Positions 8,916-17,043 of a DNA stretch of 23,085 nt are shown in pieces. The notes beneath the pieces were generated by a model. It was not told the origin of the DNA and ran no database searches. It saw only the letters and a program-made list of their open reading frames with translations. The number at the start of each line of letters is the position of its first letter. Position 1 is the first letter of the stretch. Made by a program: the position numbers and the translations under genes. The DNA comes from Pseudomonadota bacterium (GTDB lineage Bacteria > UBA10199 > 2-02-FULL-44-16 > JAAZCA01): NCBI GenBank assembly GCA_043822785.1, contig JBDRBN010000122.1, forward strand, positions 1 through 23,085. The letters are read 5' to 3'.

Positions 8916-10493
8916 TTATCGGTACTTCTTTGCGATTTTCAGAAAGTTAGCCAGATATGTATTGCTCTGGTTGTAATCGTTTACAACCGCTCCGTGGAAT
9001 TGCTCGGAATATGCAGGGCGTTTTGTGCTCTTAATCGTCTGAATATAAGAAGTCTTACCTGTCATTTTGAATTCGTTATACCTTTCGTCCTTAAGGAAGA
9101 GCGGGCTTATGGCCCAGCTGTGAATCTCGACTGCACTGAAGGGGTTTGGCATATCCTGAAAAATAGGATCATCAACATATTCTGGCAAAATCTGGACTTT
9201 CTCAGGCGTTTTGCCCTTGGTTAAGCGAAACATCGTATCGTCGAACCAGCCCATCCAATGCGCAAAGCTCATTCCATATGCTATGGCATAAAATTCATTG
9301 CCAGCACAGATACCCATCATGGGGATATCATCTACTTCGCGATAAATTTCAAACTCGCCGTAAAACTCAAACATGGGCAAGTACTGCCAGTCAGCGTTGT
9401 TGCCGCTGAAGATTATCGCCATCGGTTTATTTTTCAATGCGCGCAATACCTCTAATGATATGTTTTGATGAGCAATAGTAACTGTCTTATAGCCTTGAGC
9501 CTCAACAAACTTAGCGAGCTGTGTATAGGTATAGCCGTTCATCTGGTTGCCAATGAGCAACACATAATCGCCGTCTGGAACCTGGGGAACCAAGGGCTTG
9601 CCCTTAACATAAGGGATGATTTCATTTATCTGGGCCTGCAGGGCATTTTGAGAATAGATGACCAAGCGGTAGTAACGACTGTTGACTGGCTGAAAATCTA
9701 TGATGTTCCTATAGGTATCGTTGTCTTTGACTTCTGTTCCTTCAATATTGGTCCAATTTTTCCCGTCATGGCTACCCTGCCAGACAAAGTGCTTAAGCCA
9801 GCCAGCCGCGAGAGTTGTCTGTCTGGTCGAGAGCATCCAGAAACGAGCTACAGGTGTAGGCATACCCATATCGAGAACTACCCACGAGAAGGATTCGCCT
9901 GCAGCAGGTGGTTCGCTATTCCAAAATGTTATCTGTCCCTGATCGTTCCAATCGACGATGTTCTTGGGATCCTCCCCACCTGATACGCTTACATCCTTAA
10001 CATGGGCACGCAGGAAACCAGAGAAAGTTCTGGAGTTTTTTACATCAACATAAAACCTAGTCTTTGCCCAATCGCTGAAATCGTCCTTGCTGTCGACAGC
10101 CCTTGCTCTCCAATAGTAGGTCCCATCATCGAGCTCATGCCCGGGCTCCACCTGTTTTTCGGATATGAAGGGGTTTTGCTGCTCAATACCTCTGTAGACG
10201 ATTATTTTATCAGGCGCGAAATCTGGATCGGTGGATATTTCATAAGTAACGGTATAGGAACCCTTCATTCCTTTCGGGTTTCCGATGGAGAGTATGGGTC
10301 TTCTGTTTGTACAGATCATATCCAGCTGAGGACTGTTATCAAAAGCAGGTTTAGGCATGTCGCTTTGAAGAGTTCCGCTGGCAGGACCTTTGACCTGCGA
10401 TTGCTTTTGCGAGGGTTTGGAGCAAGCATTTAACGTGGCAACGCAAGCCATTAACGTCAATGAAATGAACATCCATACATATTTCTTATTCAT
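8916..10493 (-). CDS. lipoprotein with Fn3-like, F5/8 type C (discoidin) and class I glutamine amidotransferase-like domains
   Basis: lipobox LNAC; YYWRARAVD (Fn3-like); WVVLDMG...GSHDGKNWT...SRYYRL (discoidin); IIFSG, PMMGICAG, HS, EQFH (GATase1). Confidence 0.8.
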   Translation of the reverse strand: MNKKYVWMFISLTLMACVATLNACSKPSQKQSQVKGPASGTLQSDMPKPAFDNSPQLDMICTNRRPILSIGNPKGMKGSYTVTYEISTDPDFAPDKIIVYRGIEQQNPFISEKQVEPGHELDDGTYYWRARAVDSKDDFSDWAKTRFYVDVKNSRTFSGFLRAHVKDVSVSGGEDPKNIVDWNDQGQITFWNSEPPAAGESFSWVVLDMGMPTPVARFWMLSTRQTTLAAGWLKHFVWQGSHDGKNWTNIEGTEVKDNDTYRNIIDFQPVNSRYYRLVIYSQNALQAQINEIIPYVKGKPLVPQVPDGDYVLLIGNQMNGYTYTQLAKFVEAQGYKTVTIAHQNISLEVLRALKNKPMAIIFSGNNADWQYLPMFEFYGEFEIYREVDDIPMMGICAGNEFYAIAYGMSFAHWMGWFDDTMFRLTKGKTPEKVQILPEYVDDPIFQDMPNPFSAVEIHSWAISPLFLKDERYNEFKMTGKTSYIQTIKSTKRPAYSEQFHGAVVNDYNQSNTYLANFLKIAKKYR

Positions 10494-10610
10494 AATTCCC
10501 CCTTATTCCCCCTTGATTATGAATTTACATAGACATCTAAGCGACTCAAATAGTTAGATGCTTACGTCGCACAAAAAAATTGCCCTGTCATGGTTTTTCA
10601 ATGCTGGATT

Positions 10611-11828
10611 CTAACCTTTAATGATGGTGAGTGGAAGTGCCGCACAAGCGGTGATGAGTGATATATTAGCGGTATGCGCTACGGCGGCAGCTGACTGTGC
10701 TGCGATGGCAGTGGGTTGGGATTCGACCGCCCTCCTGCCAGGGACGAGAATGTCAGGAAGCTTGATGTCGATCTGAGATATAGTGGTGTTCATCGGAGTG
10801 GGCCACATGGTGAGCTGCGAGCCATCGCCCATGCGGTCGGCAATGCTATAGAGGCGCGAGCGCGGGGGTTCGGTGCCAAAAGGATAGAGTGCGCCGGCAA
10901 GAGGCATTAAGTCCGTGATGACAAGCTTGCCTTCCTCAGGGTTCCATTTTATCCCTATCTTCGTTTTCTTCTGCCTGTTCCTTCCGGCCTGAAACGCGAT
11001 CTCGCCCAGCACGCTTTGAAGCGCGCTAAAGGATTTTGCGTTTTGCATCACGGCATTGATATCGATTTTATTGCCTTTGGGATGCGTTACGAAAAGATTG
11101 ATCTTTTCGTCAGGGAGATCTATCTCAAGCGAAGTAGAATGATAGTCGCTGGATCTAATGCTGCGGAGAAACTCAAGCGGGTCAGTGAAACGCTTGAGGT
11201 TATCTATGGCGGTCCTGCGGCGCACATCAAAGTCTTTTTCAGAGAAATAACGGGCGAACAACTGAGGATAAACGCCAATGTAGCTCATCGGATTGTTGAT
11301 TTGATCGAGCTGCATGCTGACAAAGTCGAATGCCCATGAGCGCTCTAGCACGGGATTAACAAATCGCTGAAAAGCGAGTGCGTATTTGCTCATCTTTGAC
11401 ATCCGATCGATTTCCTTTATTGCTGCAACATCGAATTCCGAACGGTTGGTTTCAGCGGCTGCTTCGAGGAGATGTCTTGCCAGAAATGCCTTTTCGAGAA
11501 ATAGACCGACAAAGATGCCCCAGTTCATCATGTACGTCTCGGCATCAACTGTCTGATGCACTTCTTCTGAGATGTGTTCAAGTTGATTTTCAAATATCGC
11601 CTTGGCGACTGCACTGCTAAGATGCGAGAGGTCACGAAAGGTGGAAGGTATCTTGATCGCTTGGGCGACGACGTTTCCAGGATTGCCAATGTGGACGTCC
11701 CTGGTAAAGGTACTCACACCGAGAAAATCTCTCAGATCTGCATGCGGATCTGCTTTGATGCGGGGAAGGTTTGGCTGTTCCAGGGCACCTTTTTGAAACC
11801 TTGCTACCTCTTTGATGCTTGCCACCAT
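10611..11828 (-). CDS. hypothetical protein, possible degenerate HATPase-like C-terminal region
   Basis: long ORF; GGAG RBS before ATG 11828 (MVASIK); no family recognised with certainty. Confidence 0.75.
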   Translation of the reverse strand: MVASIKEVARFQKGALEQPNLPRIKADPHADLRDFLGVSTFTRDVHIGNPGNVVAQAIKIPSTFRDLSHLSSAVAKAIFENQLEHISEEVHQTVDAETYMMNWGIFVGLFLEKAFLARHLLEAAAETNRSEFDVAAIKEIDRMSKMSKYALAFQRFVNPVLERSWAFDFVSMQLDQINNPMSYIGVYPQLFARYFSEKDFDVRRRTAIDNLKRFTDPLEFLRSIRSSDYHSTSLEIDLPDEKINLFVTHPKGNKIDINAVMQNAKSFSALQSVLGEIAFQAGRNRQKKTKIGIKWNPEEGKLVITDLMPLAGALYPFGTEPPRSRLYSIADRMGDGSQLTMWPTPMNTTISQIDIKLPDILVPGRRAVESQPTAIAAQSAAAVAHTANISLITACAALPLTIIKG

Positions 11829-12112
11829 TTTGTACTCCAAAAAGTTTATGCCGTATAGAGATCGATGGCGCGAACCGTCGCCGAAATCTAAGCCGGATCG
11901 ATAATACCACAAAATTAGGGGGTTGAAGAGATAAAATTAATGTTTAGGTTTAATTTTTATCCCAAGTCGTATAACAGATCGATTTGCTCCTGACAAGCCC
12001 AAAGATATTCTATCATGTCGCTTTGTTGCACAATAATTGCTCCGTCACACTGATTGCGTCATGGGGTAAGGGGAAACAGCGATTGCACCAAAGGGCGTTT
12101 TCCGCTAATTGA

Positions 12113-12197
12113 AGGGGTCGGGGAGTTACCCGACCCCTCATCCTGAGCGAAACCGAGCACTCAACAAGTTGAGTGCTCGGTGTAGTCGAAGGATCCC
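12113..12197. repeat. hairpin pair and half REP-like element upstream of the symporter
   Basis: AGGGGTCGGG/CCCGACCCCT 10-bp stem; TCATCCTGAGCGA..CGAAGGATCCC (as in the 3957 copy) interrupted by perfect 14-bp stem ACCGAGCACTCAAC/GTTGAGTGCTCGGT. Confidence 0.7.
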
Positions 12198-12210
12198 AAA
12201 GGAGGACTCC

Positions 12211-13635
12211 ATGCATGAATTGCTAACCAGCTTTTTTGCCTATGTCACAGGCCCCATTCTCATCGTCGCGCTCTTGGGCACAGGAATTTTTCTCACCATC
12301 AGGATGCGCTTTGTGCAGATTCGCGGCTTTGCCGAAGGCATAAGAATTACTGCAGGAAAGTATAATGACCCATCCATTGCTGGAGATGTTACCCCCTTCA
12401 GGGCGCTGTGCAGTGCGCTTTCTGCTACAATCGGCGTGGGCAACATAGCAGGCGTTGCAGCCGCGATCTCGATCGGCGGCCCGGGCGCAGTATTTTGGAT
12501 GTGGGTTACAGCCTTTCTTGGAATGGCAATAAAGTTTACCGAGTGCACACTTGCTCAGCACTATCGCACTGTGCACAAGGATGGCACGGTTTCCGGCGGC
12601 CCCATGTACTACATAGAAAGAGGCCTGGGCCATCGTTACAAATTTCTCTCTGTTGCCTTTGCATTTTTCACCATCTTTGCCTGCTTTGGAATAGGCAACA
12701 TGGTGCAAGCCAACCAGGTCTCGCAGGTGCTCGGCGCTACCTTTAAGGTTCCGCATGCTATAACCGGCATTGTGATAGCTGTGATGACAGGCCTTGTGAT
12801 TGTTGGCGGCATGCGTCGCATTGGCAAGGTTGCAGGTTTTCTTGTTCCCTTTATGTCTATCACCTATGTGGGGGGATGCCTTTTTATCATTGGGCTACAT
12901 TCGAATCATATCATTCCAGCGCTGGGCCAGATCTTCTATTATGCATTTAATCCCACAGCTGCTGCCGGAGGATTTGTGGGCTCAGCCATAATGCTAACTC
13001 TTAGGTCAGGAGTGACGCGCGGGCTTTTCTCAAACGAGTCAGGTTTGGGATCTTCGCCCATAATACATGCGACTTCAAAGATAAAGCCTCCGGTCAGGGA
13101 GGGGCTTGTTGCGCTGCTCGAGCCTTTCACAGACACCATAGTGATCTGTACAATGACAGCGCTTGTGATTCTCACATCAGGTCTGTGGAGCACTGGGCTC
13201 AGGGATGCGCCACTCACATCAGCAGCTTTTGAAGCGGGCTTTGCTGGCGGAAGCTACATAGTTACCTTGGGCATTACGCTCTTTGCCTTCTCCACTGCTA
13301 TATCGTGGAGCTATTATGGGGATCGTGCTGCAGAGTATCTGTTTGGCACAAAGGCCATCATGCCGTTCCGCATCATCTACTGTATAATTCTGTTTTTTGG
13401 CGCTATCGCTGGCACATCACATATGTGGATCACCACAGTATGGGCATATGCTGACATAGCAAACCTGTTCATGGCGTTTCCAAACCTTATCGCTCTGTGG
13501 CTGCTCTCTGGAGTTGTGGCTAAATCCCTTTCGTCTTACATGAAGGGCCGCCGTTCGCCCACAGGTGAGTTTGAAGGATATCCTGAAGTTGCAAACGTAT
13601 TTGAGACCAGGGCCGCAAATCCACAAGAGGGATGA
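12211..13635 (+). CDS. alsT: alanine/glycine:cation symporter (AGCS family)
   Basis: ATIGVGNIAGVA, GGPGAVFWMW, GGPMYYI, RGLFSNESGLGS, DTIVICTMTA; AAGGAGG RBS before ATG 12211. Confidence 0.95.
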   Translation: MHELLTSFFAYVTGPILIVALLGTGIFLTIRMRFVQIRGFAEGIRITAGKYNDPSIAGDVTPFRALCSALSATIGVGNIAGVAAAISIGGPGAVFWMWVTAFLGMAIKFTECTLAQHYRTVHKDGTVSGGPMYYIERGLGHRYKFLSVAFAFFTIFACFGIGNMVQANQVSQVLGATFKVPHAITGIVIAVMTGLVIVGGMRRIGKVAGFLVPFMSITYVGGCLFIIGLHSNHIIPALGQIFYYAFNPTAAAGGFVGSAIMLTLRSGVTRGLFSNESGLGSSPIIHATSKIKPPVREGLVALLEPFTDTIVICTMTALVILTSGLWSTGLRDAPLTSAAFEAGFAGGSYIVTLGITLFAFSTAISWSYYGDRAAEYLFGTKAIMPFRIIYCIILFFGAIAGTSHMWITTVWAYADIANLFMAFPNLIALWLLSGVVAKSLSSYMKGRRSPTGEFEGYPEVANVFETRAANPQEG

Positions 13636-13639
13636 GCAT

Positions 13640-15076
13640 ATGGATATCGAACGCATACACGATTATGCATGGCGCATTCGTAAACACGGCAACATGAATG
13701 TGGATGGCATAATCTATGCTTCACACAAGATGTTAGAGTCCATCCTTTCTGATGAATCCGTAAAGCAGGTTGAAAACGTGGCGTGTTTGCCAGGCATTGT
13801 GGGTGCATCGCTTGCTATGCCCGACATCCATTGGGGGTATGGTTTTCCCATAGGTGGTGTTGCAGCGTTTGATATGGAGGAAGGAGTGATATCGCCCGGC
13901 GGCGTTGGATATGATATAAATTGTGGAGTTAGACTTCTTAGAACAGAGCTTGAGGCAAAGGACTTAAAGCCCAAAACACGCGAAGTCGTAAACCAACTCT
14001 TTCGCGATATACCAACCGGCGTTGGGTCTCACCGTCGCGATCTTAAACTAGGTCCGGATGATCTGAAGAATGTGCTCAAGCATGGCGCTGAATGGGCAGC
14101 AAGCCATGGGTATGGCGATGAAACAGACCTTGATCACATAGAGGCATATGGCTGCATACCAGGGGCAGATCCTCAGGCAGTAAGCGATCGGGCAAAGCAG
14201 CGCGGCCGAGATCAGATGGGCACATTGGGCAGCGGCAATCACTTTGTGGAAATACAGGAAGTCGTTGAGATCTACGACGAGCATGCTGCAAACGTGATGG
14301 GTCTTTTTCTCGGGCAGATAACAGTTACGGTTCACACAGGTTCCAGGGGCCTTGGTCATCAGGTTTGCCAGGATAACATAGAACACATGCTGGCTGCTGC
14401 GCGAAAATATCATATCGAGCTTCCTGACAAACAACTCTGTTGTGCGCCGATCGATTCCCCTGAAGGCAAAAAGTATTTTGCTGCCATGGCAGCGGCAGCC
14501 AACTTTGCATTTGCAAACAGGCAGGTGATCACGCATTGGGTAAGGCAGGCCCTTGAAAAGGTTCTGAAGGCAGGGCCTGCAGATCTTAGGATTATGCCTG
14601 TGTACGATGTTTGTCATAATATAGCCAAGTTCGAGGAGCATCACGTTGGAGGCGTGTCCAGAAGGCTGTGCGTCCATCACAAGGGCGCAACGCGCGCGTA
14701 TCCTGCAAAGCATCCAGAGATTCCTGCCATGTATAGAGAGATCGGCCAGCCCGTGCTCATTCCGGGCGACATGGGTAGGTATTCGTTTGTGCTGGTTGGA
14801 ACAGAGCGAGCTATGGAAGAGACCTTTGGCTCAACCTGCCATGGCGCAGGCAGGCTCATGAGCAGACACGCAGCCAAACGCGCTGCCCGTGGTAGAGATA
14901 TAGAAAAGGAGCTTTTGGATATTGGAATTTTTGTAAGAGGGGCTTCGCGCGGCACCGTGGTAGAGGAAATTCCCGAAGCATATAAGGATGTGGCGGAAGT
15001 TGTGGAAGCCTGCCATATGGCAGGCATATCAAAGAAGGTGGCAAAGCTAAAGCCGATAGGAGTGATAAAGGGCTGA
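13640..15076 (+). CDS. rtcB: RNA-splicing/repair ligase RtcB (long form)
   Basis: MPDIHWGYGFPIGG, GYDINCGVRL, GSGNHF, HTGSRG, HN, PGDMG, STCHGAGR, EAYKD; start at ATG 13640. Confidence 0.97.
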   Translation: MDIERIHDYAWRIRKHGNMNVDGIIYASHKMLESILSDESVKQVENVACLPGIVGASLAMPDIHWGYGFPIGGVAAFDMEEGVISPGGVGYDINCGVRLLRTELEAKDLKPKTREVVNQLFRDIPTGVGSHRRDLKLGPDDLKNVLKHGAEWAASHGYGDETDLDHIEAYGCIPGADPQAVSDRAKQRGRDQMGTLGSGNHFVEIQEVVEIYDEHAANVMGLFLGQITVTVHTGSRGLGHQVCQDNIEHMLAAARKYHIELPDKQLCCAPIDSPEGKKYFAAMAAAANFAFANRQVITHWVRQALEKVLKAGPADLRIMPVYDVCHNIAKFEEHHVGGVSRRLCVHHKGATRAYPAKHPEIPAMYREIGQPVLIPGDMGRYSFVLVGTERAMEETFGSTCHGAGRLMSRHAAKRAARGRDIEKELLDIGIFVRGASRGTVVEEIPEAYKDVAEVVEACHMAGISKKVAKLKPIGVIKG

Positions 15077-15098
15077 TTAATGCCAGCAAGGCCAGTCC

Positions 15099-15198
15099 CG
15101 ATTCGGCATCATTTTTTCAAAAGAAAAAATGATAGGCCGAATCGAGGATCCTCGATGCCGCAAACGATTTTTCCTTTGGAAAAATCGTGCGGACATCG
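15099..15198. repeat. inverted doublet of two 46-nt bulged hairpins around a palindromic AGGATCCT spacer
   Basis: hairpin A 15099-15144, hairpin B 15153-15198; central ATCGAGGATCCTCGAT is a perfect 16-bp palindrome. Confidence 0.8.
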
Positions 15199-15207
15199 GA
15201 ACAAAGT

Positions 15208-15241
15208 CAGCAAGACATTTGAATGCCAGGCAACAATAGTT
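15208..15241 (+). repeat. 34-bp direct repeat, copy 1
   Basis: CAGCAAGACATTTGAATGCCAGGCAACAATAGTT, 33/34 identical to 17010-17043. Confidence 0.92.
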
Positions 15242-15289
15242 GTTCAAATGTCAGGTGGGGGATATATTGGAGTATCAGAGGAAGTGAAA

Positions 15290-15676
15290 ATGACCTTTAT
15301 AACTATTAAGAAGGAACTTATACTTTGGATAAGGGATGCGCTCCTAACCGCATCTGTTGTATTTACGTTGTTTGTTTTTATTGGGCTTATTGGAAAGGAG
15401 CATATCGAAAGTCGTCTCATTTCTAGCATTCCTAATCAAGAGCAGATGATAATGCAGCAATTCGGATTTGATATATTCAAAGAGCAACCGCAAACAATTC
15501 CGAAAGAATTGGAGAATCAAATAAATAAAACGACCGGAAATAAGATAGATTGGATAGAGCGGTTGAAAAAATTTCCTGATAGTGATTTGTTAAATATTGC
15601 TCTTCGTTGGAGTGGAATTATTGGCTTGGTTTATAGACCGATAAAATGGATTAGAAGGCTATTCAAAAGGGGCTAG
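15290..15676 (+). CDS. hypothetical membrane protein
   Basis: GAGG RBS before ATG 15290; N-terminal TM helix, C-terminal hydrophobic/amphipathic basic helix; AT-rich. Confidence 0.7.
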   Translation: MTFITIKKELILWIRDALLTASVVFTLFVFIGLIGKEHIESRLISSIPNQEQMIMQQFGFDIFKEQPQTIPKELENQINKTTGNKIDWIERLKKFPDSDLLNIALRWSGIIGLVYRPIKWIRRLFKRG

Positions 15677-15706
15677 GGTCGTTTCCGAACAGGCATTGGA
15701 GGAGCT

Positions 15707-16048
15707 ATGGATACAAAACGATTAGAACGCAGACTTGCGATCGAATGGATCATCCTACTTGCAGTTATCTTATCGTGCTTTCTTGCCGGGAACTTGTATT
15801 GGGGTTATGAACGATTGAAATATGAACAAAATATTTCATCGCTCACCGGTAAATTAAGTAAGGGCAGTAAGTCAGCCTTAGAGTTATATGAGAGCTTAGA
15901 AAAGATAGACGAAAAGGAGCGACCGCATTATGGGTCGGCAGTTGTTCCAATTACAGTATTAGGTTCGATAACGACATGGATGCTCATCGCTTTTATTCGC
16001 GTGACTATTTGGTCAATTCGTGTGGTTGTTAAGCGAGATAATAACTGA
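15707..16048 (+). CDS. hypothetical two-TM membrane protein
   Basis: GGAGGAG RBS; TM helices at both ends with a soluble loop between. Confidence 0.8.
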   Translation: MDTKRLERRLAIEWIILLAVILSCFLAGNLYWGYERLKYEQNISSLTGKLSKGSKSALELYESLEKIDEKERPHYGSAVVPITVLGSITTWMLIAFIRVTIWSIRVVVKRDNN

Positions 16049-16050
16049 GT

Positions 16051-16102
16051 AGGGGGCTAGTCCGACGGGCCGAAAAGCGGAAACCCTATCCGCCTGCCCC
16101 TT
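16051..16102 (+). ncRNA. putative structured cis-regulatory RNA (three-way junction)
   Basis: AGGGGGC(U)AG/CUGCCCCUU closing stem, short CCGACGG-centred hairpin, CCGAAAA linker, GCGGA/UCCGC stem. Confidence 0.45.
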
Positions 16103-16132
16103 CAATCTTTTCAGGGAACTGTGAGGGGCGGT

Positions 16133-16456
16133 ATGAAAAAGGTTGAAATACCTGCCGATGAAATATCCGTGGCGAAGCAGTTGGCTAATGAAAAGCGTGA
16201 AGTGTCGAGAATAGATGCCATCCTCGACAGCCTACCGCGTGGTTACCGATGGAATGAACGCCCGAACACAAAGATTATTTGCGCGCTCCTTGAATCGTGC
16301 AAATCATTGCTTAAACATCGCGAGTCTATTCTAGCCATTCACTCAGAATTAGAAATGTCTGCTTTTAGAGAGAAAACATCGCTGCAAGACCGGGGCGAGA
16401 ACCCGCATCTGCTTTCCGCTGAAAAACGGAGATCATCGAAAAGGTATCCAGTATAA
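16133..16456 (+). CDS. hypothetical protein
   Basis: GAGGGG RBS before ATG 16133; TAATG coupling to the next ORF. Confidence 0.6.
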   Translation: MKKVEIPADEISVAKQLANEKREVSRIDAILDSLPRGYRWNERPNTKIICALLESCKSLLKHRESILAIHSELEMSAFREKTSLQDRGENPHLLSAEKRRSSKRYPV

Positions 16457-16773
16457 TGCGAAAGGCCTCTGCCGTTCCTACGATGGCACACGATGACCAG
16501 ACAAGAGCAACCCTATTATCAATGGCAGACTTTTACGATCACTGTGCAGGAGGCGATGTCTTTCATGTGAGGGGTTACCTCAAGCCATCACGGAGGACGA
16601 TAGTCGAGCTGACCATATCGGATTTGTACGAGCATCTGCGGTCGCGTTTGGCGGGACATAGTAAGGAATATGCTGACAAAGCGGTCATAACCATTCCATG
16701 TCTCAACCGCATGGTCGCTGCCATAGTTCCGAGAATGACACCCAACCAAGTTCAAAAGATTATTCTCCGCTGA
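16456..16773 (+). CDS. hypothetical protein
   Basis: 105-aa ORF whose start overlaps the previous stop (TAATG). Confidence 0.55.
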   Translation: MRKASAVPTMAHDDQTRATLLSMADFYDHCAGGDVFHVRGYLKPSRRTIVELTISDLYEHLRSRLAGHSKEYADKAVITIPCLNRMVAAIVPRMTPNQVQKIILR

Positions 16774-17009
16774 TCATTTATCCCTAAACAATATCTGCCA
16801 TTCCGCGTTTCTGCGGTTTCGCAGAGATCAATAACATTTTTGCGTTATTCCCACTTCGGTCGTACCTATTGCGCATGATGATTTCACCGTTCTTCTGGGC
16901 TGCGCTGAAACTCTCAGAACGTCCGAGGCGTGAATTGGCATGAGCAACAGGTTTGTCACCCGAATTTGTGTCTCGTCTCCTGCACAATCGTGCGAAGCTC
17001 CGAATTTGA

Positions 17010-17043
17010 CAGCAAGACATTTGAGTGCCAGGCAACAATAGTT
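17010..17043 (+). repeat. 34-bp direct repeat, copy 2
   Basis: CAGCAAGACATTTGAGTGCCAGGCAACAATAGTT; followed by a tandem copy of its last 9 bp (ACAATAGTT, 17044-17052). Confidence 0.92.

Noticed and set aside
12060..12110. Glycine riboswitch upstream of the AGCS gene
   Set aside because: Lacks GGAGA, CCGAAG and CUCUCAGG cores. The isolated GAAACTCTCAG near 16907 also lacks the rest of the aptamer.
15080..15289. N-terminal 70 codons of ORF 15080..15676
   Set aside because: Runs through the hairpin doublet and direct repeat; a better RBS and start exist at 15290.
16044..16102. Hammerhead ribozyme
   Set aside because: CUGAGUA is not CUGANGA, and the stems do not fit the hammerhead core.
17010..17032. 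Sigma54 promoter in the repeat (minus strand TGGCAC...TTGCT)
   Set aside because: Spacing between TGGCAC and TTGC is 9 nt instead of the required 5.
15206..17043. 34-bp repeats as CRISPR repeats, integron attC, dif or tRNA attL/attR
   Set aside because: The copies are 1.8 kb apart; no RYYYAAC...GTTRRRY boxes at gene ends, no XerD arm, no match to the tRNA-Gly 3' end and no integrase seen.
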